Positions 10,985 through 19,436 are shown, numbered from the stretch's first letter. The stretch is DNA of 24,281 nt from a virus (IMGVR_UViG_2675903394_000002:1-24281), one strand, 5' to 3'. Notes: generated from the sequence alone by a model not told the origin. Translations and numbers: made by a program.

Positions 10985-11782
10985 TTACTCTCTGGAAGCT
11001 TTTCTTATCTCTCTTGGTGTTATATTAAAACGATTATGAAATCTTTCTGTAAAACGAGAAGGACACTTATAACCATTTTCTCTGGCAATCTCGCTTATAG
11101 GTTTTACCGTCGTTTGTATAGCAGACAACGCATTATTTAACCTCACATCGTCCAGTATACTTTGGAAACTTACCCCCTCGCTTGCTAGACGGCGATGTAA
11201 TGTAGAAACAGAAATGTAGAGATATCGAGCAACCTTGTTTGCTGTCCATTTTGTGCCGGGTTCGGATAGCAGCAGGTTATAACAACGACTTATCAATGAT
11301 TGTTTACTATATGATAAAAGTAAATGATTAACATGATTCACTCCTAACGAAAGTAGAACGCCCATTGCTAAGTGCTCCTGAATTTTAGTTGAGAAGCCTC
11401 GGGAAACAGATGTTTTTAGTTGCTCCCAACAATATATTAACTCAGGATTCTGAGGTAAAAAGAAACTTGTTTTGTTACGTATTTGATCAGTTACCGTATA
11501 AAGTTTTTGGAAACTCTCAATTAAATCAATGGGTAAGTAAAGCATTTCTGCAAGATAAAGCCCTGCTTCAGGATAATTCTCAATATAAAATTCATAACCA
11601 CAAGGAAATAATATTATTTGATTATTATCAACAGTTAAAGTATGCGTCTCCCAATTGATAACTTTCTTTCCCTGACGGATACGACACAAAGCTGGCATAA
11701 GAGGCTTAACCCTATGAATCTCATGATGTTTATGCATCCGTATTTCTTCGATCTTTAAGTTAGTCTTACCTCTTGCCAGCAT
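10985..11782 (-). CDS. ybcM: AraC-family transcriptional regulator (265 aa)
   Basis: C-terminal AraC-type HTH region (…[41 protein letters not shown]…); size and position match DLP12 ybcM. Confidence 0.85.
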
Positions 11783-11791
11783 ACTCTCACC

Positions 11792-12343
11792 CTACTTTAT
11801 CTCATAAACTGGTGTTATCTCAGCGGTTGCGATTTTATTAGCATTAAGCATATAACCAACTAACGCTCCGCTGGAGTTAGAATCTACAGGAATCTTTTCA
11901 GTTTTTAGAGCCCATACTTTAAACTGGTAATGATGTGGTTTATCTCCTTTAGGAGGACATGCGCCACCAAACCCAGCATAGCCAAAATCATTTCGGCCTT
12001 GAACAGCACCAGTCGGCAGTTTTGTTCCATCACGTCTCCCTGCATCAACGGGCAAATATGTTATTGTTGCTGGAATATTAACAACAGTCCAATGCCACCA
12101 ACCACTGCCTGTAGGTGCATCTGGATCATATACAGTTACGGCAAAGCTTTTGGTACCTTCAGGAACACCAGACCAGGTTAATGAGGGCGATGTATTACCA
12201 CCTTCACACCCAAATCCAGAAAAGACATGAGACGTTGTAAGTTGCTCTCCTGTTTTTATTTCATTACTAGTGACCTGAAATGCTGCAGCCTGCGCAGAAA
12301 ATGTTATGAATGCCAATACAGTTGAAACGATAAGTGTTTTCAT
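11792..12343 (-). CDS. ybcL: Secreted PEBP/YbcL-family protein (183 aa) with signal peptide
   Basis: N-terminal signal peptide MKTLIVSTVLAFITFSAQAAA; resembles E. coli YbcL. Confidence 0.85.
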   Translation of the reverse strand: MKTLIVSTVLAFITFSAQAAAFQVTSNEIKTGEQLTTSHVFSGFGCEGGNTSPSLTWSGVPEGTKSFAVTVYDPDAPTGSGWWHWTVVNIPATITYLPVDAGRRDGTKLPTGAVQGRNDFGYAGFGGACPPKGDKPHHYQFKVWALKTEKIPVDSNSSGALVGYMLNANKIATAEITPVYEIK

Positions 12344-12559
12344 AAAAACCTCTTTGTTATGATCTATCGTTATTTTATTTGATATTCCTTTATCTCATTA
12401 TGCATAAAGGCGCAATGTTTATGCAAAAGCAATCACAATTGTACCCCCAACCCAATTATTTGCCACAATATACACAAAGCACATTGATACTATCTAAAAA
12501 CCCTGCTTTATTATTAGTAATACCTACGAAAGTCGGTGTTATTTTTTAACCTACCATTC

Positions 12560-12609
12560 AAAATACGTGACATACACCATTTTGCTCATAATAATTTGTC
12601 ACGTATTTT
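12560..12609. repeat. Perfect 13-bp inverted repeat (aaaatacgtgaca ... tgtcacgtatttt) with a 24-bp AT-rich spacer in the ybcK-ybcL intergenic region
   Basis: Arms at 12560-12572 and 12597-12609 are exact reverse complements. Confidence 0.6.
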
Positions 12610-12807
12610 CAGTATTTGAATCTGCGACCAAGAGTTCTCACCTAACAAATGATTAAGATTGTATAGCTCATTTACTACCCCAATACAGCCGTACAAAACT
12701 CGCTTGTGGGAGCAAACAAAGTAATTACCCATTAAGTTTCGTCAAAGATAATTAATTCTGTCTTGCACTTTATCACCATAGCATAACTTAAAATCCGAGA
12801 TCATTAT

Positions 12808-14334
12808 TTAGAAATAAATCTCACCATCAACCATATATTTGAGAGCACTTATCGCCTGCTGGGCGGATATTACTTTCATTAAAGGATAGTGTTTAAAAAC
12901 AATGCCATTCATAAAATAGATACCACAGGTTTTATTATCCGTATTAATTATGATTTTTTCGAATGTTTTATAGGCAAGTGTACGGCATAACTCTCGTCCA
13001 TTTTTACTGGTTAAGTCAATAGCATAAAAATCACTGAATGAATTTACACCTTTACTCTTCAAAGTTTTCAATGATACCGAAGCCCTTCGTAATTCCTTAT
13101 CTAATAGTCTTATTTTCTCTGCTATAGCGGTAACTTCAGGCGCGACAGACAATGCAACGATTAAATTATTAATTTTCATCTGAAGCTCAATAATTTTTAA
13201 CTCTAAAGTTTCATTAGCATCTTTCTTGTTTTCAACTGGTTGAATTTTGCTACAATTAAAAAGCAATTCATTAATGATATTATAATCAACCAAATCTCTT
13301 TTTATTGATGGCCTGTCACATCGATGTAATCTTCTCATCGGACAAACATAATAGCCATGCAAACTTCCAGATACCGCATGAACAATCATGGTATTACCAC
13401 AAGCCTCACACTTCATAACTGTTCGAAGTAGATTTATTAGCATAGGATTCTTGCTACTATTGCTAATACCAAAAGGTGCCAACCGAATTTCCTGTACAGC
13501 GTAAAACAAATCATCTGATATAACTCTGGGATAATAGCCAGCGATTTCACTTATCCCTTTCCCTCTTGCACGATATGAAGGTACGCATATACCTATCAGA
13601 GCTTTATTCGCTAATAATTTTTCAATTACAGAAGGTCCCCATGCACTTTCTTTTCCTGAGAAATTCTTTACAGCATGATCATTTAAATACTTGGCTATTG
13701 CATTCAATGAGCGCCTTTCCATCCTGAGTTTAAAAATTAGCTCAATAGTTTTCACCCTGTCGGGGTCTGGAACAAAAGCCGTTCTTTTGTCATCTAAGGA
13801 GAGCCATCTCGGACAAGACGCCGTCATAATCGTACCTGATTCCATTGCATCCTGCCGTTTTTTCTTCCATGATAATTTAACCCGACTTGACTTTATCTCG
13901 CTTTCTTCATTTGCCCTTTGTGCTATAAGTATGGCTTTTATTAATGAATATGGCTCATTCAAAGAGTCAATATTATAGACTGTATTGTCGCAAAGAGTTA
14001 TAACATCAATACCGTGATTCAAAATCAATTTCAGACGTTCAATCGCTTCACCGACTTTTTCTCTTGAAAGTCTGTCCAGACTTTCAACTAACAATGTAGT
14101 TCCTGGCAATATATAACCATGCTCTATAGCATCTAAAAATTCCGAAAAAGCTCCTGATTGTGCATGCTTTCCTTTGAATGCACTTAATCCTAAATCTTCA
14201 TATGTTATGGTATCAAGATAATAATCACTATTTACCTTTAACCATTCAGCAATAAGTCTTCTCTGTCGGTTTAATGAGTCACCAGACATCTGACCTGGTG
14301 ATGAAAATCGCATATATGCTATGGCTTTTTTCAT
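12808..14334 (-). CDS. ybcK: Large serine recombinase (508 aa)
   Basis: N-terminal resolvase-type catalytic motif AYMRFSSPGQ and a Cys-rich region (CPRW…C…CEACG…CPMRRLHRC) typical of large serine recombinases; size matches DLP12 YbcK. Confidence 0.85.
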   Translation of the reverse strand: MKKAIAYMRFSSPGQMSGDSLNRQRRLIAEWLKVNSDYYLDTITYEDLGLSAFKGKHAQSGAFSEFLDAIEHGYILPGTTLLVESLDRLSREKVGEAIERLKLILNHGIDVITLCDNTVYNIDSLNEPYSLIKAILIAQRANEESEIKSSRVKLSWKKKRQDAMESGTIMTASCPRWLSLDDKRTAFVPDPDRVKTIELIFKLRMERRSLNAIAKYLNDHAVKNFSGKESAWGPSVIEKLLANKALIGICVPSYRARGKGISEIAGYYPRVISDDLFYAVQEIRLAPFGISNSSKNPMLINLLRTVMKCEACGNTMIVHAVSGSLHGYYVCPMRRLHRCDRPSIKRDLVDYNIINELLFNCSKIQPVENKKDANETLELKIIELQMKINNLIVALSVAPEVTAIAEKIRLLDKELRRASVSLKTLKSKGVNSFSDFYAIDLTSKNGRELCRTLAYKTFEKIIINTDNKTCGIYFMNGIVFKHYPLMKVISAQQAISALKYMVDGEIYF

Positions 14335-14588
14335 GGTGACACCTGCTAACGTATGCTTTTATAAACCTTAGTGGTGGGATATAATTTTTGTTTAATTTTT
14401 ATTTAAAAAGACAATTAAGGTCACATTATCTTGAATATACAACAATAATCGTATTGCAATTTTCTTACGCCATAATCTTGAAAGCACAAAAGAATACATA
14501 AAAAATAAAGACATTAACAAAAAGCATAAAACGAGGCTCATATAAATATAAGAGCCTCCATATTTTAGTCGTTTAGAAACAAATTATT

Positions 14589-14921
14589 TTAATGTGGTGT
14601 GCTTCGTGACAATAAATTAATAACCAACACACCGGCACAAATCAACATCATGCCTATAATGGCTGGCAGGTCCAGCCGTTGGCCGAAAAATCCCCATGAC
14701 AGTAAACTAATCAGGACAATACCGACTCCTGACCAGATAGCATAAGCAATCCCTGTAGGAATATAAGCCAGCGTCTGAGCTAATAACCAGAATGATGCAC
14801 AATAACAAATAATTGTACCAACAGATGGCCATAACCGTGTAAAACCTTCTGAAAACTTCATTAAGGTTGTACCAATGACCTCTGCAAGTATTGCACCACC
14901 AAGATAAATATAAGGGTTCAT
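14589..14921 (-). CDS. emrE: Small multidrug resistance (SMR) efflux transporter EmrE (110 aa)
   Basis: MNPYIYLGGAILAEVIGTTLMKFSEGFTRLWPSVGTIICYCASFWLLAQTLAYIPTGIAYAIWSGVGIVLISLLSWGFFGQRLD... is near-identical to E. coli EmrE with four TM helices. The ORF track extends to 14975. Confidence 0.9.
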   Translation of the reverse strand: MNPYIYLGGAILAEVIGTTLMKFSEGFTRLWPSVGTIICYCASFWLLAQTLAYIPTGIAYAIWSGVGIVLISLLSWGFFGQRLDLPAIIGMMLICAGVLVINLLSRSTPH

Positions 14922-14988
14922 AGCATATTCTTTCCTGTTCAAACTGGAGAGAATTGTACTACAGTTTGAACTCAACTCACCTGTTTCA

Positions 14989-15291
14989 TCATTGTGTTCC
15001 CATTGATGTTCTTTTATATACCCTCAATACCCGTTTCATCGCGGCACTCTGGCGACACTCCTTAAAAATCAGATTCGTGCTCACCTTTCCTTCCCGTTCT
15101 TCTCTGGTAGCGAACCGGTAATACACCGTTCGCCAGACCTTACCATCAACGACCAGGATTCCTGCCCGCGCCATTTTAGCCGCAGCCTGATTTATGCTGG
15201 TTACGGTTGCGCCTGTTACCGCGGCAACGTCCTGTGCACAGAAGCTCTTATGCGTCCCCAGGTAATGAATAATTGCCTCTTTGCCCGTCAT
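14989..15291 (-). CDS. ren: Ren protein (100 aa)
   Basis: MTGKEAIIHYLGTHKSFCAQDVAAVTGATVTSINQAAAKMARAGILVVDGKVWRTVYYRFATREEREGK... matches lambda Ren. Confidence 0.85.
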   Translation of the reverse strand: MTGKEAIIHYLGTHKSFCAQDVAAVTGATVTSINQAAAKMARAGILVVDGKVWRTVYYRFATREEREGKVSTNLIFKECRQSAAMKRVLRVYKRTSMGTQ

Positions 15292-15989
15292 ACACTTGCT
15301 CCTTTCAGTCCGAACTTAGCTTTAATTTCTGCGATCTTCGCCAGAGCCTGTGCACGATTTAGAGGTCTACCGCCCATAACAGGAAGTTGTTTTACTGGTT
15401 CAGGTATCGTCTCACCACGGTTAATTCGCGCTGTCATACAGGTCAGTTCATCGGCAGCCTTGCGCCGTAATTCCGCGTCAGTCAGCGCATTGGCCCGCAT
15501 GTTCTGGTACAAGTTGGTAACCAACCAGTAATGCGCGTTCGATTTCCACGGATAAGACTCTGCATCCGGATACAGGCCACGCTTCCGGCAATACTCGTAA
15601 ACCATATCAACCAGCTCGCTGACGTTTGGCAGCCCGGCGTTAACAGATGCTTCTTCCCGGCACCAGGCGACAAACTGCCCGGGTGATGGCAGGAATGGTC
15701 GATTCTGCCGACGGGCTACGCGCATTCCAGCGTTAACCTGTTCCATTGTGGTGATCCCGTTTTCCCGGAAAGCCAGAACCCACTGGCGGCGGATTTCGTT
15801 CAGTTCATTCTGGTCACGGTTAGCCAGGCTCGCCGGGAAAGTTGCCAGTAACTGGCTTAACACACCGTTGATGATCTGCGCTACCTGCTGTACCTGTGGC
15901 TTTTCGTCGTACTGTTCCGGCATGTTGTTGGCGATCCGGCGCATCTGCTCACAGTCAAAGTTAACCATCTGTGCGGCGATGTTTTTCAT
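15288..15989 (-). CDS. P: Replication protein P (DnaB helicase loader, 233 aa)
   Basis: MKNIAAQMVNFDCEQMRRIANNMPEQYDEKPQVQQVAQIINGV... is colinear with lambda P; start overlaps the O stop. Confidence 0.95.
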   Translation of the reverse strand: MKNIAAQMVNFDCEQMRRIANNMPEQYDEKPQVQQVAQIINGVLSQLLATFPASLANRDQNELNEIRRQWVLAFRENGITTMEQVNAGMRVARRQNRPFLPSPGQFVAWCREEASVNAGLPNVSELVDMVYEYCRKRGLYPDAESYPWKSNAHYWLVTNLYQNMRANALTDAELRRKAADELTCMTARINRGETIPEPVKQLPVMGGRPLNRAQALAKIAEIKAKFGLKGASV

Positions 15990-16915
15990 AGCTCCACCCC
16001 GTAAATCCAGTCAGTGTTCGTCAGGTCGAGTTTTGGTTTGCCGGCTGTCACGCCAGCCTGTTGCTTGTTTCGGTTGATTTCGAGCTGGGTCCACTTGTCG
16101 CGGAGTTTGGCCGGACTTAGCACGTTACCGGACCAGAAGTTGTCCTGGCATGCCCAGCGGAACAGCACGCACATGTCGCGGTGGTTACGTCCGTCACGTT
16201 CACGCATCAGGCGGATATCGTTAGCCCACCCTGCAAAATTCGGTTTTCTGGCTGATGGCGCGATGGTCTTCACCATGTCAAACATCCACTCTGCGGCGGT
16301 CAGGTCTTCTGCTGTCCCCCACTTGCTGCCGCTCTGAATTGCAGCATCCGGTTTCACCACAGGAAGATCGTTTTCTGGTTGGTCAGAGGATTCGCCAGAA
16401 TTCTCGGACGAAAAAGGTTTTATATTGTCTTTTGTTAGTTTGTCTTTTGTGTTTACCTGATTCGGGTAAACGCCTTTACCTGATTTGGGTAAACTTTTTT
16501 TACCTGATTCAGGTAAATTTACCTCTTTCAGGTAAACTTTATTTTTCTTACCTGATTCGGGTAATGTTGACCATTCACTGACCACATTATTAATGCCGGT
16601 ATTCCGCCCGCTCTGAATAAAAATCCCACGCTTTACCAGAACACTTTTTGCAGCAGAACACTTGTGCGGCAATATCCCGGTTAATTCGGAAAGTTGCTCG
16701 TTGCTAACCCAATCCAGTTTTTTATTAAAGCCATATGTTTTGCGCATGACAGCCAGAAAGACCAGAAGCTGGTGCTGTGTTAATCCGGCCAGCATCACAG
16801 CTTCCAGCAACTCATTTGCAATGCGCGTATAACCATCATCGAGATCTGCCACGCGCGGCTCCTTTTGTGCCGCATCCGGCACTGGAAAATTGAATATCTC
16901 AGCAGTGTTTGCCAT
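15986..16915 (-). CDS. O: Replication initiator O (iteron-binding); about 310 aa from the start at 16915, with an alternative upstream start at 17005
   Basis: From MANTAEIFNFPVPDAAQKEPRVADLDDGYTRIANELLEA... onward it matches lambda O. Ribosome-binding site GGGAGGA upstream of 16915. The ORF-track ORF 15986-17005 carries a 30-codon in-frame extension whose ATG overlaps the stop of the upstream gene. Confidence 0.9.
   Translation of the reverse strand: MANTAEIFNFPVPDAAQKEPRVADLDDGYTRIANELLEAVMLAGLTQHQLLVFLAVMRKTYGFNKKLDWVSNEQLSELTGILPHKCSAAKSVLVKRGIFIQSGRNTGINNVVSEWSTLPESGKKNKVYLKEVNLPESGKKSLPKSGKGVYPNQVNTKDKLTKDNIKPFSSENSGESSDQPENDLPVVKPDAAIQSGSKWGTAEDLTAAEWMFDMVKTIAPSARKPNFAGWANDIRLMRERDGRNHRDMCVLFRWACQDNFWSGNVLSPAKLRDKWTQLEINRNKQQAGVTAGKPKLDLTNTDWIYGVEL
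16454..16567. repeat. Replication origin iterons inside the O gene: five copies of about 18 bp (TACCTGATTCGGGTAAAC and variants), flanked by an AT-rich region at about 16395-16450
   Basis: Direct repeats starting at 16454, 16477, 16501, 16520 and 16550. Each has palindromic ends (TACC ... GGTA), analogous to the lambda ori iterons. Confidence 0.75.
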
Positions 16916-17001
16916 AATTCCTCCCGCAATGAGTGTGTTACGATTTGCACCTGAAAGTCGGTTCTGTTCCAGCAGACCGGCTTTCGCCATTTCTGAACCT
17001 G

Positions 17002-17541
17002 TCATATCGCCCCCAGCATGGTAGTAACCATCGCCATCAATGGACCAGCCAGATCTGGGTCCACACGAAACATCGACACAATACCTTCACTAATTTCCTT
17101 CAGTTTCTGGTGGCGTGGTGCGTTGAGAATGACAGCCTGTTTTGCCTCACTGAGTTCCTTTTCCATTTCAGCCAACCTAGCCATGAAGCTATCCTGCTCA
17201 ACCAGGTAACCGCGATATTCCAGCGGTAGTACCGCCAGAATTGCCGGGGTCAGTTCACGCACGTTATTTCGGTATTTTTCAGAATCGAATTTGTTATCGA
17301 GGAAGCGGAACAGCTTCTGGCGTGCACGGCTGACATCATCAGGGAAATCGATGGTGCCGCCGCCCTGCTCCCGATACTCATTCACAATGAGTGTGGCAAC
17401 GACATCCTGATTATCTACAGCCGACCAGGCGCGGACGGCATCACGGATTTTTTCGTGGCCTGGCACCTGTTTTGTTTGAGAACGATTTATCACCGCAGTC
17501 GGGCTAAATCCGCTAGTCTGTTGGTATGTAAGTGGTTGCAT
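17002..17541 (-). CDS. CII-like/YdaT-family protein (179 aa)
   Basis: Motifs NEYREQGGGTIDF and VRELTPAILAVLPLEYRGYL resemble Rac YdaT as I recall it. It occupies the cII position between cro and O. Confidence 0.7.
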   Translation of the reverse strand: MQPLTYQQTSGFSPTAVINRSQTKQVPGHEKIRDAVRAWSAVDNQDVVATLIVNEYREQGGGTIDFPDDVSRARQKLFRFLDNKFDSEKYRNNVRELTPAILAVLPLEYRGYLVEQDSFMARLAEMEKELSEAKQAVILNAPRHQKLKEISEGIVSMFRVDPDLAGPLMAMVTTMLGAI

Positions 17542-17609
17542 AATTGCTCCTTTAGTTTGAATTGACTGTTAAGTTGATTGCTTATTGTTAAAGAGCGTGA
17601 AATGGAAAT

Positions 17610-17840
17610 TTAAGCTGCGTTCTTTTCGGTGTGTGGAAACAACTTCGGAAGATCCGGGCGAATCTGGTATGCCTTCACTACTCCACCAGTAGCCGTAACA
17701 ATGCTGCCGACATGTTCAGGGGATACCTTTGCTTTGTTGTGAAGCCACTTATAGACGGCCTGCTGTGAAACTTCGCAAGCAGCGCCCAGTTTCTTTTGTG
17801 AACCAACGATATTGATCGCTGTTTTGATAGCTGGGTTCAT
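17610..17840 (-). CDS. Cro-like (YdaS-family) HTH regulator (76 aa)
   Basis: Small HTH protein (…KKLGAACEVSQQAVYKWLH…) transcribed divergently from the repressor. Ribosome-binding site GGAGG five nt upstream of the ATG. Confidence 0.8.
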   Translation of the reverse strand: MNPAIKTAINIVGSQKKLGAACEVSQQAVYKWLHNKAKVSPEHVGSIVTATGGVVKAYQIRPDLPKLFPHTEKNAA

Positions 17841-17944
17841 AACAACCTCCGTGGTTAATTTGAATCAAGATTAAAACTATGGTTGTTTTTAGTCAACAAC
17901 CATTTTCGTTTGATGGAATAAAACCTTGGTTGTACATTTGGACT
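17841..17944. promoter_or_regulatory. Immunity-region operator/promoter region (oR, pR, pRM-like); 9-bp inverted repeat ATGGTTGTT-n7-AACAACCAT at 17879-17903 plus further AACAACC/GGTTGTT half-sites
   Basis: Divergent cro-like and cI-like genes flank 104 bp carrying repeated GTTGTT/AACAAC half-sites. Minus-strand TTGACT (-35 for cro) lies inside the palindrome. Plus-strand TTGATG-17 bp-TACATT ends 6 nt before the cI ATG, implying a leaderless cI mRNA. Confidence 0.5.
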
Positions 17945-18634
17945 ATGAAAACAACACTCTCAGAAAGACTTAAAGAAGCCAGATTAGCGCGAGGCCTTAC
18001 ACAAAAGGCGCTTGGGGATTTGGTCGGGGTTAGCCAGGCTGCTATTCAGAAAATCGAAACAGGGAAAGCTAATCAAACAACTAAAATCGTGGAGATCGCG
18101 AACGCTTTGGGTGTGCGCGCAGAATGGTTATCTTCTGGCGTTGGAAATATGTCAGACAGTACAGTGCAACCAATACAATCAACTGTCAGCCATTCCAAAT
18201 ACTTCAAGATTGACGTTCTTGATATAGAAGTCAGTGCTGGGCCGGGAGTCATCAACCGTGAGTTTGTAGAAGTTCTACGCTCGGTTGAGTACTCGTTTGA
18301 CGATGCTCGTCACATGTTCGATGGTAGGAAGGCGGAAAATATCCGCATCATTAACGTGCGTGGTGACAGCATGTCAGGAACGATCGAACCAGGTGATCTG
18401 CTGTTCGTTGATATCACAGTTAAATCTTTCGACGGTGATGGTATCTATGCGTTTCTGTACGACGACACAGCCCATGTAAAGCGCCTGCAAATGATGAAGG
18501 ATAAGCTGCTGGTCATCTCTGATAACAAAAGCTACTCACCGTGGGACCCGATCGAGAAAGACGAGATGAACCGGGTGTTCATCTTCGGTAAGGTTATTGG
18601 GAGCATGCCGCAGACATATAGGAAGCATGGGTAG
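17945..18634 (+). CDS. cI-like prophage repressor (HTH_XRE N-terminal domain plus S24/LexA-like autopeptidase C-terminal domain, about 229 aa)
   Basis: From MKTTLSERLKEARLARGLTQKALGDLVGVSQAAIQKIETGK... with C-terminal INVRGDSMSGTIEPGDLLFVD...AHVKRLQ (Ser/Lys dyad region). The ORF-track start at 17879 lies inside the operator; I chose 17945. Confidence 0.9.
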   Translation: MKTTLSERLKEARLARGLTQKALGDLVGVSQAAIQKIETGKANQTTKIVEIANALGVRAEWLSSGVGNMSDSTVQPIQSTVSHSKYFKIDVLDIEVSAGPGVINREFVEVLRSVEYSFDDARHMFDGRKAENIRIINVRGDSMSGTIEPGDLLFVDITVKSFDGDGIYAFLYDDTAHVKRLQMMKDKLLVISDNKSYSPWDPIEKDEMNRVFIFGKVIGSMPQTYRKHG

Positions 18635-18754
18635 TACCAATTAAAAATTATCAACTGGGCATTGTGCTCATTCAGTAAAGAACTAATTCCTATCTTTGCT
18701 CTAGGTAGTAATATTAAGCCACCGCAATAATATCTTTACCTAACGGCGTAAGAA

Positions 18755-18786
18755 TCCCGGTCACCGTGCCGGGTTTTCTTTTGCCC
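18755..18786 (+). terminator. Rho-independent terminator downstream of the repressor gene (cccgg-tcaccgtg-ccggg followed by TTTTCTTTT)
   Basis: GC-rich hairpin followed by a T-rich run on the plus strand. Confidence 0.5.
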
Positions 18787-18909
18787 TCCCCTCATCACAC
18801 ACACCGTTAAAAAAACCACCATAACCTCGCTTCAGTTATCGCTATGCGATTCAAGTCACAAAATAAATCCATCCTAAATACAACCAGTTATATCTAAAGC
18901 AATCAATAA

Positions 18910-18952
18910 AACAACTTTTGTTGTTGACGATAAAACAACTATAGTTTTAAAT
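18910..18952 (+). promoter_or_regulatory. Putative pL/oL: palindrome AACAAC-TTTT-GTTGTT (18910-18925) overlapping a -35-like TTGACG, with a -10-like TTAAAT about 17 bp downstream
   Basis: Shares the GTTGTT/AACAAC half-site with the oR region and sits upstream of the plus-strand early-left genes. Promoter hexamers are imperfect. Confidence 0.35.
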
Positions 18953-18956
18953 AAGT

Positions 18957-19008
18957 TCATCGCAACAACACAACGATACGGCAACTACCTGATTCACCGT
19001 TGCGATGA
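18957..19008 (+). repeat. 10-bp perfect inverted repeat (tcatcgcaac ... gttgcgatga) with a 32-nt spacer in the early-left leader
   Basis: Arms at 18957-18966 and 18999-19008 are exact reverse complements; they lie just downstream of the putative pL. Confidence 0.5.
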
Positions 19009-19229
19009 CCGCTTAGATCCGCAGTTTGAATTTCAGCAGGCTTCGGGGAGTGCGAGGGGTGAAACGGACGCGTGAACGTCGGTGTGACCAGCTGAAATTA
19101 ACTCAACATTTCATACCTTAGTCGCTTCAACGAGGCGGCTTAGTTATGACAACCGGCGGCCATCCACCGCCTGAATACGCGCAGAAGTCTCTATATGTTC
19201 AGCAGCCCAGCTTACGGGCAGGAGTTTTT

Positions 19230-19436
19230 ATGGTTCATCAACATTATGGAACGCAGACCGTTAATCGAGGTGCGGTCATGCCAGGAATGCTGGTCAAACA
19301 CAAAGATGGTACCTGGACTGCATCAGCTAATTTACGCGGACGGCTTTATCTGCATCGCGGCATCGAGCGCACTTATACCCGTGATTTGCTCGTGGAAGTT
19401 TTTCTCGACGGACGCGGTAACGGCCTGAATCACTAA
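19230..19436 (+). CDS. Hypothetical early-left protein in the kil/cIII position (68 aa from [14 protein letters not shown]...; the ORF could start at 19146)
   Basis: Strong ribosome-binding site AGGAG five nt before the ATG at 19230. Coding-like codon usage. No family recognised. Confidence 0.45.
   Translation: MVHQHYGTQTVNRGAVMPGMLVKHKDGTWTASANLRGRLYLHRGIERTYTRDLLVEVFLDGRGNGLNH

Noticed and set aside
11389-13978. Plus-strand ORFs inside ybcM, ybcL and ybcK (11389-11658, 11930-12181, 13691-13978)
   Set aside because: They are antisense to confidently recognised genes in AT-rich DNA, where chance ORFs are common.
16440-16570. Regularly spaced direct repeats that could be mistaken for a small CRISPR-like array
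   Set aside because: The repeats are about 18 bp with spacers of only a few bp, lie inside the O coding sequence and are followed by an AT-rich region. This is the classic lambdoid iteron origin, not a CRISPR array.
18635-19145. An N antiterminator gene in the canonical position left of the repressor
   Set aside because: No ORF over about 20 codons with a start signal is present on the plus strand in this interval; the only ATG-initiated frames are tiny (for example the 17-codon frame at 18844).
19195-19428. Alternative 77-aa reading frame overlapping the kil-position ORF
   Set aside because: The overlapping frame 19146/19230-19436 has a strong AGGAG ribosome-binding site and better codon usage; the 77-aa frame has no start signal.
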